DNA from: Anaerolineae bacterium
GTDB taxonomy: Bacteria > Chloroflexota > Anaerolineae > B4-G1
Length of the DNA: 60,083 bases
Assembly: GCA_034435075.1 (NCBI GenBank)
Contig: DAOTYA010000045.1
Span: forward strand, 1 to 60,083
Direction: 5' to 3'
The notes below the pieces were generated by a model, which worked only from the letters and a program-made list of their open reading frames with translations, did no database searches and had not been told where the DNA came from. Position numbers and translations under genes: made by a program. This document shows, in pieces, positions 8,292 to 17,267 of the stretch. Positions within the stretch are counted from its first letter, which is position 1; every line of letters starts with the position of its first letter.

Positions 8292-9278
8292 TCAGTAATG
8301 GATGTTTACCGGCGTACCAACTGCGGCCCAATTGAAAAGCCACTCTGCCTCCGGCGTGGGCAGGTTGATGCAACCGTGGCTCATAGGATGGCCAAAATTG
8401 GAGTGCCAGTACGTGCCGTGTAGCGCGTAACCTCGATAGAAGTACATTGTATAGGGGACATTGGGCAGGTAGTATCCGGGGCCACTCATCGGCACAGAGG
8501 TGTACTTGGCGTAGATGTAATAACGCCCGGTCGGGGTTGGAGTGGACGGCAGGCCAGTGGAAACGAGCGTGCTGCGCACAGGCGTATTTCCCTGGTAAGC
8601 TGTCAGCATCTGAGCGCTGAGATCAACATCAATCCAGCGTTCGCCATCTGCTGCGGGCAAGGGAGTGGCACTACCGCCGGGGATGTGCAACACCTGTCCC
8701 ACATAGATCAGTGAGGGATTGCTGATATTATTGGCCCGGGCCAAAGCCCACATGGAGATGCCCGATCGCAGTGCAATCGCTGAAAGGGTATCGCCCCGTT
8801 GCACGACGTAACTACGCCCCAGCGCTGTTGCTGGCAGCGCTGCGCCGGTATACTCCGGCAGCACGAGCCGCTGCCCTGCGTAGATGAGGTTAGGATTGGT
8901 GATGTGGTTGATAGTGGCCAGTGCCTGCGCTGTGGTGCCATAACGCCTGGCGATACGGAACAGGTTCTCGCCCTTCTGGACAATATGGACTCCCGGGGTT
9001 GACCCGGAAGCTTCGCTGCTGCTCCCTGCTGTCGGTATCGTCAGCCGCTGCCCAACGTATATGTGGTTGACGTCGCTCAGATGATTGATTGTCTTTAGCG
9101 CCTCAACTGTGACCCCATAGCGCAACGCAATGCGGTAAAGGTTCTCCCCCGGCTGCACTATGTGGATGCCGCTCTGCGCGAAGACGACAATTGCATTCAG
9201 AGCCAGGGAGGCGATTATCAGTGCAGGTATGCTGACCAGCCTGCTCAGTTTCCTTGCTGTGGCGCTGCTTTGTGTCAC
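8292..9278 (-). CDS. LysM-repeat L,D-transpeptidase (YkuD family)
   Basis: Three LysM repeats ([18 protein letters not shown].., [18 protein letters not shown].., [18 protein letters not shown]..) plus the catalytic [20 protein letters not shown]. Confidence 0.92.
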   Translation of the reverse strand: MTQSSATARKLSRLVSIPALIIASLALNAIVVFAQSGIHIVQPGENLYRIALRYGVTVEALKTINHLSDVNHIYVGQRLTIPTAGSSSEASGSTPGVHIVQKGENLFRIARRYGTTAQALATINHITNPNLIYAGQRLVLPEYTGAALPATALGRSYVVQRGDTLSAIALRSGISMWALARANNISNPSLIYVGQVLHIPGGSATPLPAADGERWIDVDLSAQMLTAYQGNTPVRSTLVSTGLPSTPTPTGRYYIYAKYTSVPMSGPGYYLPNVPYTMYFYRGYALHGTYWHSNFGHPMSHGCINLPTPEAEWLFNWAAVGTPVNIHY

Positions 9279-9760
9279 CGTCTCTCGAGGATGGCCTTAA
9301 GATTGGCCAGGCTGCGTTGGATGGCATGTCTGGTTGAAGCACGCCGGGTCAGCGCATCTGCGATGCGGTCCAGCAAAGTACGCAACTGGTAATCCCAGAT
9401 CACGGTGAAACGGGTGCCGACCGAACCTGGTGGACCGAGCGAACTGAACTGCCACCGCTCGCTACCAGCGCGGAAAGGGCTGCTGGGCGCGGCGTCAATA
9501 ACCCGCACCATCGAGTTGCTGGGAAACTGAAACTCTACGTACTCCGCGTCCCAGGTGAACGCAAAGCGTCCTCTATGTCCCGCATCAATACGCAGCAGGG
9601 TGCCCTGGCGGATAGGGGTGGACGAGATAAGCTCGGCGTGAACTACCCGCTCATCCCACTCGGCTCTGCGGGTCACGTCGTGGCAGAAGCGGAACACGTC
9701 AGCAGGTGCAGCAGCAATATCAATAGACACTTCAATACGCGGCATAGGGTTTCCCTCCAC
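9275..9760 (-). CDS. SRPBCC (polyketide cyclase/START-like) family protein
   Basis: [34 protein letters not shown] is a typical SRPBCC N-terminus. ATG 9745 is an alternative start. Confidence 0.7.
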   Translation of the reverse strand: MEGNPMPRIEVSIDIAAAPADVFRFCHDVTRRAEWDERVVHAELISSTPIRQGTLLRIDAGHRGRFAFTWDAEYVEFQFPSNSMVRVIDAAPSSPFRAGSERWQFSSLGPPGSVGTRFTVIWDYQLRTLLDRIADALTRRASTRHAIQRSLANLKAILERR

Positions 9761-9930
9761 ACTGCGTTTTGTGCTATTATACTACGAGCTGCCGCCTGTT
9801 GCCAGAGACACTGTACGTCGGTGACTGTCAGAGGTACCTGTGCAGTGAAGCCTCAGGTGGAGCGCGTGTTGTGATTCGGGATCATTTGTGCGGCTGAGTA
9901 CAAGGGTAATCCCAGGGAGAGGGTGGTCGA

Positions 9931-10878
9931 ATGGAGAGTGAAGCAAGATTCTGCCCACGTTGTGGTGCCCTCCTGGACATGGCTGAGGTGGACGGCCGTA
10001 TGCGCCCGCTTTGCCGGGCTTGTGGATTCGTCCTGTATCGCAATCCGGTGCCCGGGACAGGCGTGCTCGTAGAAATGGAAGGCGGCATCGTCCTGGTCCA
10101 ACGTAGCCAGCCGCCTTTCGCCGGTTGGTGGGTGCTCCCCTCCGGTTATATTGAGGCCGACGAGAGCGCCGAACAGGCCGCCATTCGGGAGTGCAAGGAG
10201 GAGACAGGACTGGATGTCGAGCTGGTAGAGCTATTCGGCGTCTACTCCTTTCCTGAGGGACCGGTGCACAGCGGCATCATCATTTTCTACCGCGCCCACC
10301 CTGTGGGAGGCACGCTGCGGCCCGGTGACGACGCCAGGGACGCACGCGTGTTTCCCCCGCATGCCCTGCCAGAGCAACTGGCCTTTCGCACCCACCGGGA
10401 GGTGCTGGCTCGCTGGGTGCGCACTCGTACCCCCACCCAGTCCGTTGAGTCCGGAGCCATCATCAGAGATGCCAGGCCTGAAGATGAGGGGCGGGTACTG
10501 GAACTGCTGCCGCTCATCCCGTCCAATGCCAACATGGGGCCCGCCGACCTGGAGGCCGCTGCCCGCCGCTTCCGTGAAAGCCTGGCGCTGGACATCCTGG
10601 TGGCTGAGGTGGATGGACGTGTGGTGGGCTTCATCGCCCTGTCCTTCGCGCCGGTGCTCTCAGGACTGCGGGCACTGGTGGATGACCTGGCGGTGGAGCC
10701 AGCTTATCGGCGGCAGGGTATCGGCGCGGCACTGGTCGAGGCGGCCGTCCAGCGGGCCAATCGGCGCGGCGTAACCCATCTGCTGGTGGATACCTCACGG
10801 GGCGACGCGGCAGCACAGAAATTCTACCAGGCCTGCGGCTTTCGTGTTGGCGAGATCACCGTGCTACGCATCCGCTGA
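9931..10878 (+). CDS. zinc-ribbon NUDIX hydrolase fused to GNAT N-acetyltransferase
   Basis: CPRCG..CRACG zinc ribbon. Nudix box GWWVLPSGYIEADESAEQAAIRECKEETGL. C-terminal GNAT motif A RRQGIGAALVEAAVQRANRRG. Confidence 0.85.
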   Translation: MESEARFCPRCGALLDMAEVDGRMRPLCRACGFVLYRNPVPGTGVLVEMEGGIVLVQRSQPPFAGWWVLPSGYIEADESAEQAAIRECKEETGLDVELVELFGVYSFPEGPVHSGIIIFYRAHPVGGTLRPGDDARDARVFPPHALPEQLAFRTHREVLARWVRTRTPTQSVESGAIIRDARPEDEGRVLELLPLIPSNANMGPADLEAAARRFRESLALDILVAEVDGRVVGFIALSFAPVLSGLRALVDDLAVEPAYRRQGIGAALVEAAVQRANRRGVTHLLVDTSRGDAAAQKFYQACGFRVGEITVLRIR

Positions 10879-11014
10879 CAGAAGCAGGCACGAGCAGCAA
10901 CCATGCCTGAGCGGTGATAAAGCCTGCTCGCTCTCACCCAACCCTATCCGGTCGCACCTTTTGACCCGCGCCGTGCGGGCATAGCCTCCAACATTATGAT
11001 GGCCGCATGTTTGT

Positions 11015-11043
11015 TTGACTAGCATGCCAATCACGGGTATAAT
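11015..11043 (+). promoter_or_regulatory. consensus sigma70-type promoter
   Basis: TTGACT, a 17-nt spacer (agcatgccaatcacggg), then TATAAT. Confidence 0.45.
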
Positions 11044-11094
11044 CAACTCACAGTGACCATTACAATTGAAGTAGCCTGATTGAGGCAGCAATTA

Positions 11095-11114
11095 CAGGTC
11101 AGGGACCTGTTTTT
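11095..11114 (+). terminator. short hairpin plus T5
   Basis: CAGGTC-agg-GACCTG followed by TTTTT, about 50 nt after the predicted transcription start. Confidence 0.3.
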
Positions 11115-11117
11115 AGA

Positions 11118-11203
11118 GCCTATCCGAAAAACCGTACAAGCGGCATCCCTATGCCGCTTATACCGACGCATAGGGATGCGTCGGTTACGTTTTTCGGATA
11201 GGC
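11118..11203 (-). repeat. CR1 repeat, copy C (inverted orientation)
   Basis: Its reverse complement is identical to copy F. Confidence 0.95.
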
Positions 11204-11290
11204 ACTTAGTCAAATTATTTTTCGCCTTCTGGGCAGTGTTGGCACAGAGGCGATCCGGTTGATCGCCCCAACCGGCGCGAAGCGTCCAAA

Positions 11291-11313
11291 GAGAGCGATT
11301 TCAATCGGCCTGA
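11291..11313 (+). repeat. SR4 motif
   Basis: GAGAGCGATTTCAATCGGCCTGA, preceded by GGCGCGAAG at 11274-11282. Confidence 0.85.
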
Positions 11314-11370
11314 GCACGGCGATTCACACTGTATGTAAGCCAGCAGCCAGGCTTACGCTCTGCAGGCTAT

Positions 11371-11430
11371 AAGAGCCTGATTGTAACCGACGTATCCATA
11401 TGCGTCGGTATAAGCGGCATAGGGATGCCG
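11371..11430 (+). repeat. CR1 degenerate partial copy (both inner hairpins, no outer stem)
   Basis: AAGAGCCTGATTGTAACCGACGTATCCATATGCGTCGGTATAAGCGGCATAGGGATGCCG. Confidence 0.8.
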
Positions 11431-11485
11431 TAGGGTCACAATTACGCTCAACCCGGGTAACCAGACAGCCATCTCCCGGGTTGTA

Positions 11486-12322
11486 TTGGAGGCGAGTATG
11501 GCACTGAAGGGAAACCTCCGAGATTTCAGCACAACACAGCTATTGAATCTGATTAACCTGGCACGCAAGACCGGCACTCTGACCATCGAGTCGAACGGCA
11601 AGCGCTCCCGCCTGTGCTTTAAAGAGGGCAAGCTCATCTACGCGACCCAGGACGAACAGGGGGGACATCTGGCTACCATCCTTCAGCAGGCTGGCAAGCT
11701 TACCGAGGAACAGGCACGTGCCATCCGCACGCGGATGGATATCAAAAGCGATAAGGAATTGGGGCTGCTGTTGATTAACGCCGGTTATGTGAGCCAGGAA
11801 GACATCATCAAAAGTGTCAGGAACTACATCCTGAACAACGTCTATCCCATTTTCACATGGACGGAGGGCACCTTCTACTTTGAAGCGAGCGTGCTACCCT
11901 TCGAAGATCGCATTACCATCCCCATCAATCTGGAAAGTGTGATCATAGAGGGCAGCCGCCGGATGCAGGAATGGGAGAGGCTGCAAGATGAGCTGCCTAA
12001 CCTGGACATGGCGCTCAAATTTGTGGAGCGCCCTGATGCACGGCTGCGGGACATCAGTCTGAGCGTGGAGGAATGGCGTGTGGTATCTTTTATCAACCCA
12101 CGCAACACCATTCGCCAGATCGCCCAGTTCAACAATATGAGCGATTTTCAGATCCGCAAAATCGTGTATGCGCTCTTACAGGCCGGACTGGTGGAGCTGG
12201 TCCAGCCTGAGGGGGTGGCCAGGCCGGCGCCTGGTGTTCCTGCAGAGGCGCCTATTATGCGGCCCCCGGCCGTGAAGCGTAGCGTTGTTGAAAAGATCAT
12301 CGGCTTCCTGCATCAGAGGTAA
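11486..12322 (+). CDS. DUF4388 domain protein
   Basis: N-terminal LKGNLRDFSTTQLLNLINLARKTGTLTIES...KEGKLIYA is the DUF4388 signature. Paired with a small GTPase, as is common for this family. Confidence 0.75.
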   Translation: MEASMALKGNLRDFSTTQLLNLINLARKTGTLTIESNGKRSRLCFKEGKLIYATQDEQGGHLATILQQAGKLTEEQARAIRTRMDIKSDKELGLLLINAGYVSQEDIIKSVRNYILNNVYPIFTWTEGTFYFEASVLPFEDRITIPINLESVIIEGSRRMQEWERLQDELPNLDMALKFVERPDARLRDISLSVEEWRVVSFINPRNTIRQIAQFNNMSDFQIRKIVYALLQAGLVELVQPEGVARPAPGVPAEAPIMRPPAVKRSVVEKIIGFLHQR

Positions 12323-12479
12323 AATCATCGTAACTACCCAGTTCCCCGGCTCGGGCCGGTCTCCAGACCGCGCCCGACGTCGCCACGATGGGAAGTGGAT
12401 GCCGTAATCCGGCCAAATAAACGCCGGGTTGGGTGGCCCGGTCAGAGACCGGCCACAGCCTGGGTAGTTACAAATCATC
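12322..12479. mobile_element. 142-bp MITE with 12-bp TIRs and 8-bp target-site duplication
   Basis: TIRs GTAACTACCCAG (12330-12341) and CTGGGTAGTTAC (12460-12471). Flanking direct repeat AAATCATC (12322-12329 and 12472-12479). The interior carries the SR2 module and the GGCCGGTCTC/GAGACCGGCC inverted pair. Confidence 0.7.
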
Positions 12480-12495
12480 AGAGAGAGACAGGCCA

Positions 12496-13041
12496 ATGCA
12501 GACAGTCAAGATAGTGGTAACCGGCCCCTTCTCGGCGGGCAAAACACAGTTCATTCAGACAATCAGCGAGATAGAGGTCGTGGCGACTGAGAAAAGGATC
12601 TCACGACCGGAGGAGCGGATCAAAGACCAGACTACAGTGGCGATGGATTTTGGGCGCATCAGCGTGGCCGATGATCTGGTGCTCTACCTCTTTGGTACCC
12701 CGGGCCAGCGTCGCTTCGATTTTATGTGGGAGATTCTTGCCGAGGGTATGCTTGGATTTGTTGTCCTTATTGATAGTGTAAAACCGGAAACGTTCCGCGA
12801 GGCCCGGAATATCCTCGACACCTTTCGAGCTTACGCTCCTGTGCCCTATGTCGTCGCCGCCAATAAGCAGGACCTGGAAGACGCCTGGTCGCCCGAGGAT
12901 TTGCGGATCGCCCTGCGTATCCCCAAGGAGGTGAAGGTTATCCCCTGCGTGGCGACCAACCGCGAGAGCGTCAAAAACGTGCTGCTGGAACTTTTATATC
13001 TGGTGCTCGAGCTGATAGACAAAGAGGGTAGGGATGAATGA
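12496..13041 (+). CDS. small Ras-like GTPase (COG2229 / CvnD-MglA-like)
   Basis: Start at MQTVKIVVTGPFSAGKTQF (P-loop), then DFGRI..LFGTPGQRRF (switch II DxxG-like) and AANKQDL (NKxD). Confidence 0.8.
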   Translation: MQTVKIVVTGPFSAGKTQFIQTISEIEVVATEKRISRPEERIKDQTTVAMDFGRISVADDLVLYLFGTPGQRRFDFMWEILAEGMLGFVVLIDSVKPETFREARNILDTFRAYAPVPYVVAANKQDLEDAWSPEDLRIALRIPKEVKVIPCVATNRESVKNVLLELLYLVLELIDKEGRDE

Positions 13042-13090
13042 ATTGTATTAAAGTTCCGACAGAAAACCTGCGTTCTATACCTGGTGGCCC

Positions 13091-13125
13091 GGTCGAACTG
13101 TGATGGTTCGACCTTTGCGTGTTTA
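13091..13125 (+). terminator. intrinsic terminator after the GTPase gene
   Basis: GGTCGAAC-tgtgatg-GTTCGACC followed by TTTGCGTGTTT, in an AT-rich 264-nt spacer. Confidence 0.45.
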
Positions 13126-13305
13126 CTATACTTTAACGCAAATGAAATGGTTTCTAAATCTTTCACTGGTTGCTTCATGATATTATTTTGTTTAGCTCTC
13201 TGGCGCGAGCTGAATCTGACGGAAACCAGACGTATACTGTGATCGGCACCTGGTTGAACATTCAGCTACATCTGATACGGCAAGCATATTGACTGAGAGC
13301 CTGGC

Positions 13306-14097
13306 ATGAGTTCCATCGTCACCGACCGTGGACTGGTTCATTACGAAACTGTTGGCCGAGGACGACCGGTGATCTTGCTCCATGGCTGGCTGGAGTCGTG
13401 GGCGCACTGGCTGGGGACTATGGAATCGCTGAGCCGCGATTATAAGGCCTACGCCCTCGACTTCTGGGGCTTTGGCGAATCGGGGAAACAAAGCGGAAGC
13501 TTCTCGGTAAAGGACTATATCGAGATGGTGGACCAGTTTATGGAACGGCTGGGCATCGAGTATGCCCCTATCATCGGCCACTCGATGGGTGGCACCGTCT
13601 CACTTGGTGTGGCCATGGACCACCCTGGGCGTGTGGAAAAGGTGGCCGTGGTGGGTTCGCCTATTGTTGGTGACGGCCTGGCGCTCTTCCTCCGCCTGGC
13701 AGCACGTCGCTCACTGGCCAGCATTGCCTACCGGATGCCAGGTGCCATCCCTCTGGGGGTGCGGTTGTTCTCGCCCTTCCTGGCACGGGACTGGAAAAGC
13801 TGGTACCAAACTTTCGAGCGCGACCTCTCGCGTACCACTATGGAATCCTTCCATTACAGCATTGCGTCGTTGCGTAGAACAGATTTGCGCCCGCGTTTGA
13901 AGGAGATTAAGGTGCCGGTGCTGGGTATCTATGGCTGTGCAGACCGGATTGTAGACCCTGGCCAGGCTGATGTGTTAGCACAGGCACTCCCAACCTGTCA
14001 GGTTTACAAGTTTGAGGACTCGGGGCATTTCCCGATGGCCGATGAGCCTGAGCGTTTTTATCAGGTGTTAAAGCAGTTCCTGGACAACAACCGCTAG
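13306..14097 (+). CDS. alpha/beta-fold hydrolase (intact Ser-Asp-His)
   Basis: HGWLESW oxyanion region, nucleophile elbow GHSMGG (Ser93, nt 13582-13584), CADRIVD and SGHFPM. Confidence 0.88.
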   Translation: MSSIVTDRGLVHYETVGRGRPVILLHGWLESWAHWLGTMESLSRDYKAYALDFWGFGESGKQSGSFSVKDYIEMVDQFMERLGIEYAPIIGHSMGGTVSLGVAMDHPGRVEKVAVVGSPIVGDGLALFLRLAARRSLASIAYRMPGAIPLGVRLFSPFLARDWKSWYQTFERDLSRTTMESFHYSIASLRRTDLRPRLKEIKVPVLGIYGCADRIVDPGQADVLAQALPTCQVYKFEDSGHFPMADEPERFYQVLKQFLDNNR

Positions 14098-14155
14098 CCG
14101 CAGGACGCAGAACTCAAGACTCAGGACGCAGGGCTCAAGACTTCAGGACTTAGTT

Positions 14156-14788
14156 ATGGATGCTGCCGCCGATCGCCAATACTTCTTCCCTAACAAGATG
14201 GGACGCATCGCCCTTCTGGCGCTGGAAGAAGTAATGGGCCGCAACGGGGTCAATGCCATCCTGAGCCTGGCCCGGCTTCAGCATCGCATAGGCGATTATC
14301 CGCCCAATAACTTCGATAAGGAGGTCCCTTTCGAGGAGATTGGGCGGCTGCTACAAGCTCTTGAGGAGATGTACGGCCCACGTGGAGGGCGTGGACTGGC
14401 CAGAAGGGCCGGGCGTGCCTGCTTCCGATTCGGCGTGCGGGACTTCGGTCCATTGCTGGGGGTGGCTGATGTGGCGTTTCGCCTGCTCCCGGCCGAGATG
14501 AAGCTGCGGGTAGGGTTTGAAGTGCTGGCCCAGACGTTCAACAAGTTTACCGATCATCTGGTGCGTCTGGGAGAGGACGAACAATATTTTCAGTGGATTG
14601 TGGAGCGGTGCGGTGCATGCTGGGGACGTTCCGCCGCTTCCCCCTGCTGCCATCTGACCGTGGGTTTGATTGAGGAGGGGTTGTACTGGATCAGCGGTGG
14701 CAAGAGTTTTTACGTCGAAGAGGTCTCCTGTATCGCTGCTGGCGATCGCTCGTGTACTGTACTGATCGGGAAAAAACCCCTGGATTGA
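14156..14788 (+). CDS. V4R (4-vinyl reductase) domain protein
   Basis: C-terminal CGACWGR..CCHLTVGLIEEGLYW..EEVSCIAAGDRSCTVLI matches the Cys-rich V4R ligand-binding pattern. Confidence 0.7.
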   Translation: MDAAADRQYFFPNKMGRIALLALEEVMGRNGVNAILSLARLQHRIGDYPPNNFDKEVPFEEIGRLLQALEEMYGPRGGRGLARRAGRACFRFGVRDFGPLLGVADVAFRLLPAEMKLRVGFEVLAQTFNKFTDHLVRLGEDEQYFQWIVERCGACWGRSAASPCCHLTVGLIEEGLYWISGGKSFYVEEVSCIAAGDRSCTVLIGKKPLD

Positions 14789-14929
14789 AGTCCAGGGTCA
14801 CACTTCGCCGGGTAAGACCCTCGCATTATTCGTCAGGGACGCCATGGTCCCACAAGGGCCTGCGGGTAGCTATGGAGGACCTTCGAAATTTCCGGGTTTT
14901 TGGCTCCGGCATGTCCGGGTCAGGGAAAG

Positions 14930-16174
14930 ATGCGCAAGATCATTCTGCGAGACCGCACTCCCATATTCCCTTTTAACGAGCCGGCCCGTGAGCTGCGTGT
15001 GCTCAATAAGCCCCTGTGGCTGCACCAGCGCGACCTGTTTGCACGCTACAATGTGGAGGAGAGAGAAGTTGACTCACTGGCCGAGATCAGCAATGACAAA
15101 GTAGAAACCATCGTTTACCGGGACAACCTGTTTTTCGACGAGTTCTTCCTGGACGAGTTCATCAGACGCGCCAGAGCCTCGGGAAAGGCCTGTCGGGTGG
15201 CCTTTTCGCTCAAGGACAAAGCCATCACCACGCATGCCATCTATCTCCAGCGGGGCATCAGGCGGGAAGGGGATGTGTATGTTGCCGACATGTGGTACTA
15301 CCCTCACGGTTTCGAGCCTCATGCCCGCCCCCTGGTGATAGACACCGAGCCTCACGAGATGGGCTACTATCACGTGCCCACTCACATGTCCAATGAACTG
15401 GGTGATCTGGTGTATCAGGTGCCCACCAAAGCATTTTGCTCGATCGAGCACTGGGTACATACGATCATCGCCAACATCATCTTCGGCGTGTACGCCAACG
15501 GCGCCAGGCTGGACATCGAGATCGAACGCAGCCTGAAGAAGAACCTGAAAATATTGTGGCGGGCAATGCTGGAAAGGAAGCAGGTGCTCTCCTCGTCAGA
15601 GGTGGTACATATCGGGCGCAACTGCAGTATTGACCCGTCCGTCATCATCAGGGGGCCGACGTACATCGGCGACAACGTCAGCATTGGCCCTGGCTCAGTG
15701 ATTGATGTGGCCTTCATCGGCGATAATGTCAGCATCGGCACGGGGGCACAGGTTCATCTGAGCGTCGTGTCCGATCGCTGCTTCCTGCCCTTCCGCGCAG
15801 CGCTGTTCACCACCGTAATGATGGCGGATTCGATGGTGGCGCAGAACACATGCCTGCAGTTCTGCAGCATCGGCCGCAACACATTCATTGGGGCCGGCAA
15901 CACCTTCACCGACTTCAACCTGGTCCCAGACAGGCCGATCCGGGCTATGTACGAGGGCAAGCTCCAGGAGACAGGAATGCCAGTATTGGGTGGGTGCGTG
16001 GGCCATAACTGCTACATCGGCTCCGGCATGGTGGTCTACCCGGCCCGGGCCATCGAGTCGAATGTGGTCTTGTTCGCTTCGCCAGAAAGGCGAGTGATTG
16101 ACCGCAACGTATACTACAAAGACAGCGATCATTTCAAGCTAAAAGGATATAAAGCACCCAGGGATGAGCGTTGA
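14930..16174 (+). CDS. left-handed beta-helix (hexapeptide-repeat) protein, GlmU-like putative nucleotidyl/acyl-transferase
   Basis: Hexapeptide run IGRNCSIDPSVIIRGPTYIGDNVSIGPGSVIDVAFIGDNVSIGTGAQV. Start chosen at MRKIILRD (ATG 14930). Confidence 0.65.
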   Translation: MRKIILRDRTPIFPFNEPARELRVLNKPLWLHQRDLFARYNVEEREVDSLAEISNDKVETIVYRDNLFFDEFFLDEFIRRARASGKACRVAFSLKDKAITTHAIYLQRGIRREGDVYVADMWYYPHGFEPHARPLVIDTEPHEMGYYHVPTHMSNELGDLVYQVPTKAFCSIEHWVHTIIANIIFGVYANGARLDIEIERSLKKNLKILWRAMLERKQVLSSSEVVHIGRNCSIDPSVIIRGPTYIGDNVSIGPGSVIDVAFIGDNVSIGTGAQVHLSVVSDRCFLPFRAALFTTVMMADSMVAQNTCLQFCSIGRNTFIGAGNTFTDFNLVPDRPIRAMYEGKLQETGMPVLGGCVGHNCYIGSGMVVYPARAIESNVVLFASPERRVIDRNVYYKDSDHFKLKGYKAPRDER

Positions 16175-17267
16175 GTATACACGTACAGGTGGGCGGGGAA
16201 CAGGCAGTTTTGCATGTGTCATTCATCCGCTCAATCCGAAAACAGATGTGGCTCGCAAGTATCCGTTACTGGCCCGGGTTTTGCCCACGCCGCTGATCCA
16301 TTTTCTGTCCCGCTTCTGGCCGCCGGTTTACCTGTCCCGTATCACGGGGGTGCGCTCGGAGAGCACCGGACGGGAGGTGAGTGGCTGGCTGCTGGCCTGT
16401 CCGTTAACGGCCGGGCAGATGCTGCACCTGCCGCCGCCAGCAGCTTACCGCAAGATTGTGCAGACCGGGCGGCTGGCTCAGAAACTGGGCGCGCGTATTC
16501 TGGGCTTGCTGGCGTTTACCTCCGTCATCGGCGATGGCGGCCTTACCGTCGCCAGACGCCTGAATATGCCGGTGACGACGGGACGTAGTCTGACTATTGC
16601 AGTCGCGCTGGAAGAGCTGAAAGAGGCCGCGCGATGGCAGGGAATATCGCTGGAGCTGGCAACGGTGGCCGTCGTGGGAGCAACCGGGAGCATAGGCCTG
16701 GCCTGCTCCAGACTGCTGGCCCCGGAAGCGGGCGAGTTAATGCTGATCGGGCGTCAGGAATCACGTCTGGCTATGGCAGAGGAAGCGGTCAGGGCTGCCG
16801 GTGCACGGCGGGTGCGCACCGCCACACGTATCGAGGCCGTACAGGAAGCCGACGTCGTGTTCAGCGCAACCAATGCCGCCCGGCCGATCATTCAGCCAGA
16901 GCATCTGAAGCGCGGTGCTGTAGTCTGCGATGTGGCGCTGCCGCCTGATATATCGCCACGCGTGGCAAAGGAAAGAAAAGACGTGCTCGTCATTGAGGGG
17001 GGAGTGATGGATGTGCCGGGCGAGGTGAACTTTGGCTTCAACTTCGGCCTGCCCCCCGGCAAAGCCTACGCCTGTATGGCAGAAACGATGATCCTGGCGC
17101 TCGAGGAGAGATTTGAAAATTACTCCCTTGGCAAAGAGATAGAGGCCGAGCGGGTACGCGAGATCGCCCGCCTGGCCCGTGCGCATGGCTTCAGGTCTAC
17201 CAGGCTTAATGAATTGAGAGAGCTGTCAACTGGCTCATTGTTAAGGAGGGAAAATGGCGGAAGGTAG
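16164..17267 (+). CDS. acyl-ACP reductase (cyanobacterial AAR)-family homologue, often annotated shikimate-dehydrogenase-like
   Basis: Blocks recalled from Synechococcus AAR: FTSVI, ATVAVVGATGSIGLACSRLL (vs ATVAVVGATGDIGSAVCRWL), and YACMAETMILALEE (vs FACFAEAMLLEFEG, catalytic Cys retained) ...AHGF. Overlaps the upstream gene by 11 nt and the downstream gene by 14 nt. Confidence 0.75.
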   Translation: MSVEYTRTGGRGTGSFACVIHPLNPKTDVARKYPLLARVLPTPLIHFLSRFWPPVYLSRITGVRSESTGREVSGWLLACPLTAGQMLHLPPPAAYRKIVQTGRLAQKLGARILGLLAFTSVIGDGGLTVARRLNMPVTTGRSLTIAVALEELKEAARWQGISLELATVAVVGATGSIGLACSRLLAPEAGELMLIGRQESRLAMAEEAVRAAGARRVRTATRIEAVQEADVVFSATNAARPIIQPEHLKRGAVVCDVALPPDISPRVAKERKDVLVIEGGVMDVPGEVNFGFNFGLPPGKAYACMAETMILALEERFENYSLGKEIEAERVREIARLARAHGFRSTRLNELRELSTGSLLRRENGGR

